DNA from: a virus
Lineage: Duplodnaviria; Caudoviricetes
Strand: one strand, 5' to 3'
Virus record (IMG/VR): IMGVR_UViG_3300037991_000421
Coordinates: 1 to 28,667 of that record
Length of the DNA: 28,667 bases
Part shown: in pieces, positions 8,273 to 16,416 of the stretch
Layout of the letters: each line of letters opens with the position of its first letter
Numbering within the stretch: position 1 is the stretch's first letter
Position numbers and translations under genes: made by a program
The notes under the pieces: generated by a model
Database searches by the model: none
What the model was told of the DNA's origin: nothing
What the model saw: the letters and a program-made list of their open reading frames with translations, nothing else

Positions 8273-8382
8273 TTACGGTAACCAACATTTTGTTGATTTT
8301 AATACTGTTATCTAACGTGTTCATTGCATTTATGATATACGCATTGGGCAAAGTTTTGTTGGAGGAACAAAAAAAAGATTGA
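8269..8382 (+). CDS. 37-aa small membrane protein (not in ORF track)
   Basis: ATGA coupling; MITVTNILLILILLSNVFIAFMIYALGKVLLEEQKKD*. Confidence 0.55.
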   Translation: MITVTNILLILILLSNVFIAFMIYALGKVLLEEQKKD

Positions 8383-8407
8383 CACGAATTTAAATTCATG
8401 CTACAAT
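8379..8407 (+). promoter_or_regulatory. sigma70-type promoter with palindromic spacer
   Basis: TTGACA-17 nt-TACAAT with TGn and an A-tract upstream. The spacer holds the perfect palindrome GAATTTAAATTC (8386-8397). Confidence 0.7.
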
Positions 8408-8429
8408 ACATACTTTACAGGAGACAAAT

Positions 8430-9224
8430 ATGGCAAACATTAGCAAACATAAATCGACAGAGTATACAAAGTTATTGCTCGTAGGTGACAGTGGGGCAGG
8501 TAAAACATCAGCACTTGCCTCACTTGCCAATGCAGGTTATAACTTACGCATACTAGATTTCGATGATGGACTATCCATCTTACCAGAGTTCTTAGATGAG
8601 AACGCAGTTAAGAACGTATCTTACGTTACACTGCGTGATGGTCTAGGTCAAGCGAATGCTTTTAGAAAAGGTGTTCAAATGATTACCAACTGGAAAGATG
8701 GCGACGAAGACTTTGGTTCAGTTAAGAACTGGACTAGCAAAGACGTACTCGTTATTGATAGCTTAACCCTGATGGGAGAAGCTGCGTTACGTGGTGCCTT
8801 GGTTTTCAATAACAAGAAACCAACTGACCAACCAAGTCAGCCAGAGTGGGGAACTGCGGCACGTGATGTACAACATATTGTACAATACATAACGGGTTCA
8901 GAAGTACCATGTAATGTAGTGGTTACTACTCACATGCAATACATGGAGGGAGACTTAGGTGTATCTAAAGCATACCCTACAAGTGTAGGTTCAAAGCTAT
9001 CTACTAAACTAGGTAGATACTTTAACTGTGTATGTAGGATCGACACACGGTCTTCCAGTAAGGGCACAGAGCGTACCCTCAGAACAGTATCAGATCACAA
9101 GATGGATCTTAAGATTACAGCTCCATCCCTGGTTGAAACAAATGCTGAGCTAAATTTAGCTAAGTTATTTGAGGCTGTGCAGAAAAATGCTCAAAGTAAA
9201 TTAACAAATAAAGGAGGCAAATAA
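8430..9224 (+). CDS. AAA_24/Sak4-like P-loop ATPase (single-strand annealing recombinase)
   Basis: Walker A GDSGAGKT, ILDFDDG, LVIDSLT, VVVTTH. Lies between an exonuclease and an SSB-like gene. Confidence 0.8.
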   Translation: MANISKHKSTEYTKLLLVGDSGAGKTSALASLANAGYNLRILDFDDGLSILPEFLDENAVKNVSYVTLRDGLGQANAFRKGVQMITNWKDGDEDFGSVKNWTSKDVLVIDSLTLMGEAALRGALVFNNKKPTDQPSQPEWGTAARDVQHIVQYITGSEVPCNVVVTTHMQYMEGDLGVSKAYPTSVGSKLSTKLGRYFNCVCRIDTRSSSKGTERTLRTVSDHKMDLKITAPSLVETNAELNLAKLFEAVQKNAQSKLTNKGGK

Positions 9225-9661
9225 TGTCAGATGTTAATGACTTTTTATCGATGACCCCTAGTGAAGTACCAGAGTCGGTAACTTTACCAGAGGGTAGCTA
9301 CGATTTTACTATCACTTCTTATCGTTCGGATAAGGTGGGAGAAAATCAAACACCATTAGTTCGTATCAACTGTAAGGCAGTTGGTGTGATTCAATCTGAT
9401 TTGGGAGAATCGGATTTGGTAAATGCCGAGCCAACTCGTATTGAGTTCTGGGCTACGCCAAAGGCAATGCAACAAAACAATCCTGCGTTGTCATTAAAAG
9501 CATTCCTTACTAAAGGATTAGAGATGGATGATGGTTCATCTTTCGGTGAATTGCTAGAGCAATCTATCGGTCAATCCTTCAGTGGAATTGTCAAGCATGA
9601 AATGGTTGGCAGAAACAAGGACATACTTCAAGCGTCCATCAAACGTATAATTAAGAAGTAG
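9224..9661 (+). CDS. putative ssDNA-binding protein (DUF669-like OB fold)
   Basis: LPEGSYDFTI start motif; position directly after the Sak4-like ATPase. Confidence 0.6.
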   Translation: MSDVNDFLSMTPSEVPESVTLPEGSYDFTITSYRSDKVGENQTPLVRINCKAVGVIQSDLGESDLVNAEPTRIEFWATPKAMQQNNPALSLKAFLTKGLEMDDGSSFGELLEQSIGQSFSGIVKHEMVGRNKDILQASIKRIIKK

Positions 9662-9666
9662 TTCTA

Positions 9667-10770
9667 ATGGGTGAGTACGCAGTCAATAAGCGAGTGCCAT
9701 CACGCACACCATCATCAGCCGATGGTTGCAAGATAGCATTTGTTTTTGAGTATCCTACCAACAAAGAAGCAATAGCGAATACGATTCTGCAAGGGGGCAC
9801 GGGAAAAGTATTCACTGAACTATGTGACATTGCAGGTATTACTCTCGACGATTGTTTACTCACCCATGCTATACAATTAAAGCCCCATCAAAATACAGCA
9901 CAACATTTTTTCCACAAACGAAACGAATACAAACGCTTGTGTAAGACAACCGAGTGGCGATCACAATTCAGTCCTACTAAAGAGGGTTATCTTAAACAAG
10001 AGTACGAGCAAGACATACAACGGTTACACAAAGAAATAGAAGAAGCCAATCCAAATATCATTATCGCAATGGGTTCATTATCTTTGTGGGCAGTGACAGG
10101 TCTAGATAAAGTTGGTACTTATAGAGGGGCTACACTACAAACAAGTCTCCTTTCTTCTCCATATAAAGTACTTGCAACTTATAGTCCTGTTGCTGTCGTT
10201 AAAAATTTTAAGTGGCGACCTCACGTAGCTTCTGATTTAATCAAAGCTAAAAGCGAATCGCTCAGCAAAACATTAGAACATACAGAAAGAGAGATATGGA
10301 TTGAACCTACTCTCTCAGATTTAGATACGTTCTATACTAAATACATTAGTAAAGCAAATCACAACGACCCTCTCGCATTTGATATTGAAACAGCAGAAGG
10401 CTCTATCGTATGTATAGGCTTTGCGCCTAACCCTCGAACTGCAATCGTAGTTCCTTTTCGTGATAAGAATACTGACACCCAAAACTATTGGAACGCTACC
10501 GAAGAAGTAGCGGCCTGGCAGTGGGTACGTAAGATCCTGGAAGACGAAGAGATTGTAAAGGTAGCACAGAATCAACTATATGATATATCATGGCTCGCTC
10601 ACAAACAAAAAATAAAAGTTAAAGGTATCACACATGATACCATGCATGCCCAACATTCACTGCAACCAGAACAAGAAAAAGGTTTAGGTTTCTTAGGCTC
10701 GATTTACACAAATGAGAGTGCTTGGAAAACACTAGCCAAGTTTTCAAAGAGTACCAAAGCAGATGAATAG
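9667..10770 (+). CDS. split DNA polymerase A, part 1: UDG-like domain plus N-terminal part of the 3'-5' exonuclease
   Basis: UDG-fold motifs (EIEEANPNIIIAMG..S, YRG, VLATYSP); ExoI AFDIET; ExoII AQNQLYD; HDTMHAQH..QPE..GLGFLGSIYT. Confidence 0.8.
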   Translation: MGEYAVNKRVPSRTPSSADGCKIAFVFEYPTNKEAIANTILQGGTGKVFTELCDIAGITLDDCLLTHAIQLKPHQNTAQHFFHKRNEYKRLCKTTEWRSQFSPTKEGYLKQEYEQDIQRLHKEIEEANPNIIIAMGSLSLWAVTGLDKVGTYRGATLQTSLLSSPYKVLATYSPVAVVKNFKWRPHVASDLIKAKSESLSKTLEHTEREIWIEPTLSDLDTFYTKYISKANHNDPLAFDIETAEGSIVCIGFAPNPRTAIVVPFRDKNTDTQNYWNATEEVAAWQWVRKILEDEEIVKVAQNQLYDISWLAHKQKIKVKGITHDTMHAQHSLQPEQEKGLGFLGSIYTNESAWKTLAKFSKSTKADE

Positions 10771-10772
10771 AA

Positions 10773-11087
10773 ATGAAACGATCAGAATTATTCTCGGTAA
10801 AGCCAATGCCAGAGGATTCAAAGGACATAGAGAACCACTACAATTTATGGAGGGCTGTTCTCGATCAGGCAGTACAAGACTATTCCTACACGGGAAAGTC
10901 AGAAGAGGGATTGAAATACAAAAAGGAAGTAGAGAAGTGGTTGAAGTATAAGTATGACGATTTTAAATTTGTGTGTGATCTAGCTGCGGTAGACCACATG
11001 CGTGCAAGAAAAGAATTTGAACGATACAAGGAGGGAGAATATGACAACAACAGGGAGGTCATCAGAGCTACTAAGAAAAGCAAGTGA
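10773..11087 (+). CDS. conserved-looking phage hypothetical protein
   Basis: LWRAVLDQAVQD..WL..DFKFVCDLA pattern. Confidence 0.75.
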   Translation: MKRSELFSVKPMPEDSKDIENHYNLWRAVLDQAVQDYSYTGKSEEGLKYKKEVEKWLKYKYDDFKFVCDLAAVDHMRARKEFERYKEGEYDNNREVIRATKKSK

Positions 11088-11349
11088 CTTAGTAAATGGT
11101 GACCGTCAAAAAGATTATGGAGATAAGCTTCATAATCACATTAACATTGCAGACTTATGGACAGCGTATTTAGATACGACTGTCAGCCCTCATGATGTAG
11201 CAGTCATGATGTGCTTATTAAAGATAGCTAGACTGAAGCAAGGATCCAGAACAGAGGACACATACCTGGATGCATCAGCCTACATGGCAATAGCGAGAGA
11301 AATACAGGAGAGATTAGATGGCGAGGATAATAAAGAACACAGAGATTAA
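11041..11349 (+). CDS. DUF6378-like protein
   Basis: GDRQKDYGD, IADLW, DVAVMMCLLKIAR, DTYLD..AY; ATG 11041 after GGAGGGAG. Confidence 0.8.
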   Translation: MTTTGRSSELLRKASDLVNGDRQKDYGDKLHNHINIADLWTAYLDTTVSPHDVAVMMCLLKIARLKQGSRTEDTYLDASAYMAIAREIQERLDGEDNKEHRD

Positions 11350-12865
11350 GGATTTAAAACTTAATTCAGAACAAGTACTGTGGGTTTATTGTGGGTTAGA
11401 TTGTAATTTAACCACAGAGATATGGGGTAAACTTTCTCCTCAACTAGATAACAATACAAAAAATACATACGAGTTTGAACGTAACTCTTTAGGTCCAGCC
11501 ATATCAATGGTATTGCGTGGGTTACGTGTAGATGAGAGGGCAGTTACTATGATACGTGCCCCCTTACAAAAGAAAAGATTAAAGCTAGAGAGAATGCTCA
11601 ACCTTTTCGCGAACGCAGTTTGGGACAAGGACTTAAATCATAACAGTCCAGTACAATTAAAGGCTATGTTGTACGAGTATTTAAATCTTCCAGTACAAAT
11701 TAAATATGAGAAAGGTAAACAAAAGATATCAACAGACAGAGAAGCACTTGAACATATGATAGAAGAGTATCCTCGTGCTCGTCCTTTCTGTAAAACTATT
11801 ATTACCTTACGTGATATTGATAAACAATTATCTGTGTTGAAAGCAAAGAGAGATTCTGATGGACGTATACGTTGTTCATATAATGTGGCAGGCACAGAAA
11901 CAGGTAGATGGTCTTCATCTGAAAGTCCTTGGGGTACAGGTACAAACTTACAGAATATTACAAAGGACTTGCGGGCTATGTTCATACCAGACAGAGGACG
12001 TGTCATGTTTTACGCAGACTTACAAGCTGCAGAATCTAGGGCAACTGCTTACCTGTCAGGTGACGAAGGTTATATAAACGCCGTTGAATCATCAGACCTG
12101 CACACTGAGGTAGCTAAAATGGTTTGGCCTAACATGGGTTGGACAGAAGACAACGCACAGAATCGAGCACTAGCAGAGCAACCTTATTATGGAAACTTTT
12201 CTTATCGTGATGTATGTAAACGAGCAGGTCATGGTACAAACTATGGAGCGTCTGCTAATACAGTAGCACGTCATACTAAAATTAAAGTAGCACATGCTAC
12301 AAGATTCCAGTTATTATATTTTGGTGGTGTGGTTCCTCTTGCTTCTCTTGAACGTTGGCACAAACAAGATAAACGTGGTGGCTTTGAAGAACTTATAGAG
12401 ATAGGAGAAGTCATAGGTAGTGGAAGCCAGCAGCTTGTGCGTGTGAAGGGGGCATTCCCTGGTATAAGAACTTGGCATACAGAAGTTATAAAAGAATTAC
12501 AGACAACAGGTAATCTTATTACACCATTCGGTAGACGCAGACAATTCTGGGGTAGACTAGATGATGAACACTATGCAAGAAAAGCTATTGCTTATCTTCC
12601 ACAATCTACAATCGGTGACTTATTGAACTTAGGATTATATAGAGTATGGAAAGAATTGTTTGATGAAGGTGTGGAAATACTGGGACAAGTACATGACGCA
12701 GTGTTAGGTCAATGTCCTATTAATAAAGTAGATTATTTAATACCAAAAGTAATTGGTTGTTTGGAAAATCCTGTTGAAGTTAAAGGTAGAACTATGGTGA
12801 TACCTTCTGACGCAGAGGTAGGAGATTCCTGGAAAAACTTAAAGAAGTGGGGAGCGAATGCGTAA
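11318..12865 (+). CDS. polA: split DNA polymerase A, part 2: ExoIII helix plus polymerase domain
   Basis: ExoIII YCGLD; TETGRWSS; NLQNI; motif A ADLQAAESR; motif B RDVCKRAGHGTNYG; TPFGRRR; QSTIGD; motif C QVHDA. Confidence 0.92.
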   Translation: MARIIKNTEIKDLKLNSEQVLWVYCGLDCNLTTEIWGKLSPQLDNNTKNTYEFERNSLGPAISMVLRGLRVDERAVTMIRAPLQKKRLKLERMLNLFANAVWDKDLNHNSPVQLKAMLYEYLNLPVQIKYEKGKQKISTDREALEHMIEEYPRARPFCKTIITLRDIDKQLSVLKAKRDSDGRIRCSYNVAGTETGRWSSSESPWGTGTNLQNITKDLRAMFIPDRGRVMFYADLQAAESRATAYLSGDEGYINAVESSDLHTEVAKMVWPNMGWTEDNAQNRALAEQPYYGNFSYRDVCKRAGHGTNYGASANTVARHTKIKVAHATRFQLLYFGGVVPLASLERWHKQDKRGGFEELIEIGEVIGSGSQQLVRVKGAFPGIRTWHTEVIKELQTTGNLITPFGRRRQFWGRLDDEHYARKAIAYLPQSTIGDLLNLGLYRVWKELFDEGVEILGQVHDAVLGQCPINKVDYLIPKVIGCLENPVEVKGRTMVIPSDAEVGDSWKNLKKWGANA

Positions 12866-14117
12866 GACAACAGACTTTATAAATGGTTGTTTAGATATAA
12901 CTAAAGGGACACCTATTCCAGATAAGTTTTCTCAATGGACTGCGATTTCGGCTGTTGCGGGAGCACTCGGTCGTAAGTGTTGGTTCTCTATGGTTAACTA
13001 TGAGATACGTCCTAACATATTTGTAGTATTGATTGCACCACCAGGTAGAAACAAATCTGTATCGCTGATCTTGCCGTTCTCTAAAGTGTTTTCTAAACTG
13101 ACTACACCTATTGGAACAGAAGAAGATCATGAAGAATTTAATAGCGGTCTAACTAAGTATGGTTTAAAAAATTATCCTTTACATTTTATTCAAGATAGAA
13201 TTACACCAGAAAAATTAGCAGTTGAAATGCAGAAAGTATCTAGGTTAGATTTACGTGTAGGTAATACTGAATTGTTTTACGATTCATCTTTAACTTTAGT
13301 TACCTCAGAGTTTGGTACATTTATGAATAGAACTTCACAATACTTACAGATGTTCTTAACAGATATGTGGGATAGTAAAGATTCATACAGCCACCAGATT
13401 AAAACAGGTTCATCACAATTTATTAAAGGTCCATGTCTTAATTGGATTGCTTGTGCTACACCTCAACAATTTGTGGATAACTTACCAGAGGATGCAGCTT
13501 CACAAGGACTATTATCCAGGATGTTACCCATCTACCATGAAGGTACTCAAATACCACAAAGTTTATATAATGATAAGATTGATGAGGACAAAGTAGAAAA
13601 TCTAAGACATGACTTAAGTCTCATAGCTAGAATGCATGGTGAATTTACAGTTGACCCAGAAGCTAAAGAGATAATGGAAAAAGATTTTCAACAATACATA
13701 GAACCAGTGCCTACTGATCCCAACATGTTGGAGTATAATCAACGTAGGGTATCTCATTTCTTAAAGATTGCTATGTCTATTAGTGCTTCGCGTAGAGGGA
13801 CTAAAGTAATTACTGGCAGTGATTGGGATAGAACTAAGAAGATTATGTTCGATATGGAGAAGGATATGCCTAAGGCACTGGAAGGTTTTGGTATGAGTAA
13901 AACTGGCAGAATTGCTCATAACATGAAGGACTGGTTGGAGACTACTGTGTTTAATAATAACCGCTCTCACGTGCGTTTAAAGCTGTTTAAACGGCAATTA
14001 TTGACCAAGATAATGTCGCCGGGAGAAATCCCACAGTACATCCAAGCGATGGAAGACTCTGGTTATATCCGTGTTGAATCTGAATTGGTATTCCTATGCA
14101 GAAAAGACGGAATATAA
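12858..14117 (+). CDS. DUF3987-like AAA+ ATPase, putative replicative helicase
   Basis: Walker A-like APPGRNKS, ITPEKL, Walker B-like VTSEFG, LTDMWD, GLLSR arginine finger. Confidence 0.7.
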   Translation: MRKTTDFINGCLDITKGTPIPDKFSQWTAISAVAGALGRKCWFSMVNYEIRPNIFVVLIAPPGRNKSVSLILPFSKVFSKLTTPIGTEEDHEEFNSGLTKYGLKNYPLHFIQDRITPEKLAVEMQKVSRLDLRVGNTELFYDSSLTLVTSEFGTFMNRTSQYLQMFLTDMWDSKDSYSHQIKTGSSQFIKGPCLNWIACATPQQFVDNLPEDAASQGLLSRMLPIYHEGTQIPQSLYNDKIDEDKVENLRHDLSLIARMHGEFTVDPEAKEIMEKDFQQYIEPVPTDPNMLEYNQRRVSHFLKIAMSISASRRGTKVITGSDWDRTKKIMFDMEKDMPKALEGFGMSKTGRIAHNMKDWLETTVFNNNRSHVRLKLFKRQLLTKIMSPGEIPQYIQAMEDSGYIRVESELVFLCRKDGI

Positions 14118-14587
14118 TTAGAGGTCTACGATGGGCCAAAGCCCTCGATGATCGCCCAGGATTCATATCCTCTCCACGAATCAGGGGCGTACAGAGGGCA
14201 GGTCTCATCTATGAAAACCGTATTGCCAATTATATGAAGGCTTTGTATGGAGACAAAGTTTTACATGGGCAATGGTATGAGTTCGAGGACAGACGGGGAC
14301 TAGGCTGGTGTCAACCCGACATCATAGTCCTGCCAGATAAGGATCGTAAGTTTATCCTCGTCCTCGAATGTAAATTAAAAGCTACCAAGAAAGCATGGGT
14401 TCAGTTGAATTATATGTACCGTCCTGTGCTTGAGAGGATTTATCCACAGACTGAGATACGCTTAGTCCAAGTGGTAAAGAATTTAAATAAGGAGTTGAAG
14501 TTAGATTTGATAGATACAGTTGATGATTTGTTTTGTCAAGAGAAAAAGTTTGAATACTCTACATTATTTTTACGTAACTTAGGTTAA
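14096..14587 (+). CDS. PD-(D/E)XK-type endonuclease
   Basis: YE, QPDIIV, LECKL, QL..Y motifs. Confidence 0.7.
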   Translation: MQKRRNIIRGLRWAKALDDRPGFISSPRIRGVQRAGLIYENRIANYMKALYGDKVLHGQWYEFEDRRGLGWCQPDIIVLPDKDRKFILVLECKLKATKKAWVQLNYMYRPVLERIYPQTEIRLVQVVKNLNKELKLDLIDTVDDLFCQEKKFEYSTLFLRNLG

Positions 14588-14593
14588 TACATG

Positions 14594-14622
14594 TGGACAG
14601 CAGGCAAATTATATGATATACT
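14594..14622 (+). promoter_or_regulatory. sigma70-type promoter of the RNR operon
   Basis: Intergenic TGGACA-17 nt-TATACT with TGn. Confidence 0.6.
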
Positions 14623-14655
14623 ACAGACTTTCACACAACACAGATAGGAATTACG

Positions 14656-16416
14656 ATGATAAATAAACCACAGATAGATGTCGAACGCGACAATCTTTTG
14701 ACAGACTTCGGTAAAGAAGTTCTTCGAGACAGATACATGTTACCCACAGAGAAATCACCCCAGGAAGCATTTGCTAGAGCTGCCGCAGCTTTCGCAGACT
14801 CAGATGCCCATGCGAAAAGGTTGTATGATTACTCATCGAAGCTATGGTTTATGTTTGCTACTCCCATATTATCTAATGGTGGTACAGACAGAGGGCTTCC
14901 TATCTCATGCTTCTTAAATTATGTACCTGATTCTCGTGAAGGATTGTCAGAACATTATGCAGAAAATATTTGGCTATCAAGTTCAGGTGGTGGTATTGGT
15001 GGGTACTGGGGCGACATAAGGTCGCAGGATCAATCAACAAGTAAAGGTAATAAGACTACTGGAGTTATACCTTTCATGCATGTAGTTGATAGCCAAATGG
15101 TTGCGTTTAACCAGGGGGCAACAAGACGCGGGAGCTATGCCAGCTATATGGACATATCACATCCAGAAATTATAGAGTTCATAGAAATGAGAAAGCCTAG
15201 TGGTGGCGATGTTAATAGAAAGAATCTTAATCTACATCATGGGATAAATGTATCCGATAAATTTATGAGAGCATTAGAGAAAGATGAAATGTGGAAACTC
15301 ATTGATCCTCATAATAAAAAAGTTATAAGAGAAATAAAAGCTAGACAACTATGGATTAAAATATTAGAGACAAGAGTATCAACTGGTGAACCTTACATTA
15401 TGTTTAGTGATACAGTTAATAAAGGATTACCAAAAGAATTAAAAGCAAAAGGATTAAAGGTACATCATTCAAATCTGTGTAGTGAAATTACTTTACCTAC
15501 TAATCCAGATCGTACTGCAGTGTGTTGTTTGTCTAGTGTAAATTTAGAATACTATGATGAATGGAAAGACGATACACATTTTATTGATGATCTTATGCGT
15601 ATGTTAGATAATGTATTAACTTACTTTATTAAACATGCCCCCGCTCATTTGTGGAGAGCAGTAGCTTCTGCAAAAGCAGAGCGGTCAGTAGGTCTAGGGG
15701 CTATGGGATTTCATTCTTATTTACAGCGTAAAGGTGTAGGATTTAACAGTCCTATGTCTTATGATATTAATAAGAATATATTTAAACACATATATGATAA
15801 AGCTTTAGAATCAAACTTTGCTCTTGGTAAAGTGAGAGGAGAACCAGAGGATATGAAAGGTAGTGGTAAAAGGTTTGCACATATGCTAGCCATTGCACCA
15901 AACGCTAGTAGTTCTATCATATGCGGAGGCGTATCACCTAGTATAGAACCATTACGTGCTAACGCTTTCACTCAAAAAACTATGAGCGGTTCGTTCTTAG
16001 TTAAGAATAAATACTTAGAAAAATTATTAGAAGAGAAAGGTAAGAATACTAAAGATGTTTGGAAGACTATTATTTCTAGTAGAGGATCTGTCGATGCGCT
16101 CGACTTCCTCAACGCACAAGAAAAAAATATATTTAAGACGGCCATTGAGATTGATCAAGCGTGGTTGGTTGACTTGGCTGGCGAACGTCAAAACTATATT
16201 TGCCAAGCGCAATCATTAAACTTATTTTTTCCACCTGATGTAAACGTAAGAAGATTAAACAACATACATAAACGTGCGTGGGAAAATGGATTAAAAACTT
16301 TATACTATTGTAGAAGTGAAGCTATTAAAAGAGCAGAGAACATAGCTAATAAAGTAGAGAGAAAAGTTAGACAAGATAGTCAAGAGGAGGAATCATGCGT
16401 GATGTGCCAAGCTTAA
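14656..16416 (+). CDS. nrdA: class I ribonucleotide reductase alpha subunit, without ATP cone
   Basis: ATPILSN, ISCF, SNLCSEI, AVCCLSS, AIAPNASSS, LYYCRS, C-terminal CVMC. Confidence 0.95.
   Translation: MINKPQIDVERDNLLTDFGKEVLRDRYMLPTEKSPQEAFARAAAAFADSDAHAKRLYDYSSKLWFMFATPILSNGGTDRGLPISCFLNYVPDSREGLSEHYAENIWLSSSGGGIGGYWGDIRSQDQSTSKGNKTTGVIPFMHVVDSQMVAFNQGATRRGSYASYMDISHPEIIEFIEMRKPSGGDVNRKNLNLHHGINVSDKFMRALEKDEMWKLIDPHNKKVIREIKARQLWIKILETRVSTGEPYIMFSDTVNKGLPKELKAKGLKVHHSNLCSEITLPTNPDRTAVCCLSSVNLEYYDEWKDDTHFIDDLMRMLDNVLTYFIKHAPAHLWRAVASAKAERSVGLGAMGFHSYLQRKGVGFNSPMSYDINKNIFKHIYDKALESNFALGKVRGEPEDMKGSGKRFAHMLAIAPNASSSIICGGVSPSIEPLRANAFTQKTMSGSFLVKNKYLEKLLEEKGKNTKDVWKTIISSRGSVDALDFLNAQEKNIFKTAIEIDQAWLVDLAGERQNYICQAQSLNLFFPPDVNVRRLNNIHKRAWENGLKTLYYCRSEAIKRAENIANKVERKVRQDSQEEESCVMCQA

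Noticed and set aside
10771-11317. Intron or intein explanation for the polymerase split
   Set aside because: The interval is filled by two ordinary ORFs, with no homing-endonuclease motifs and no intein-type termini.
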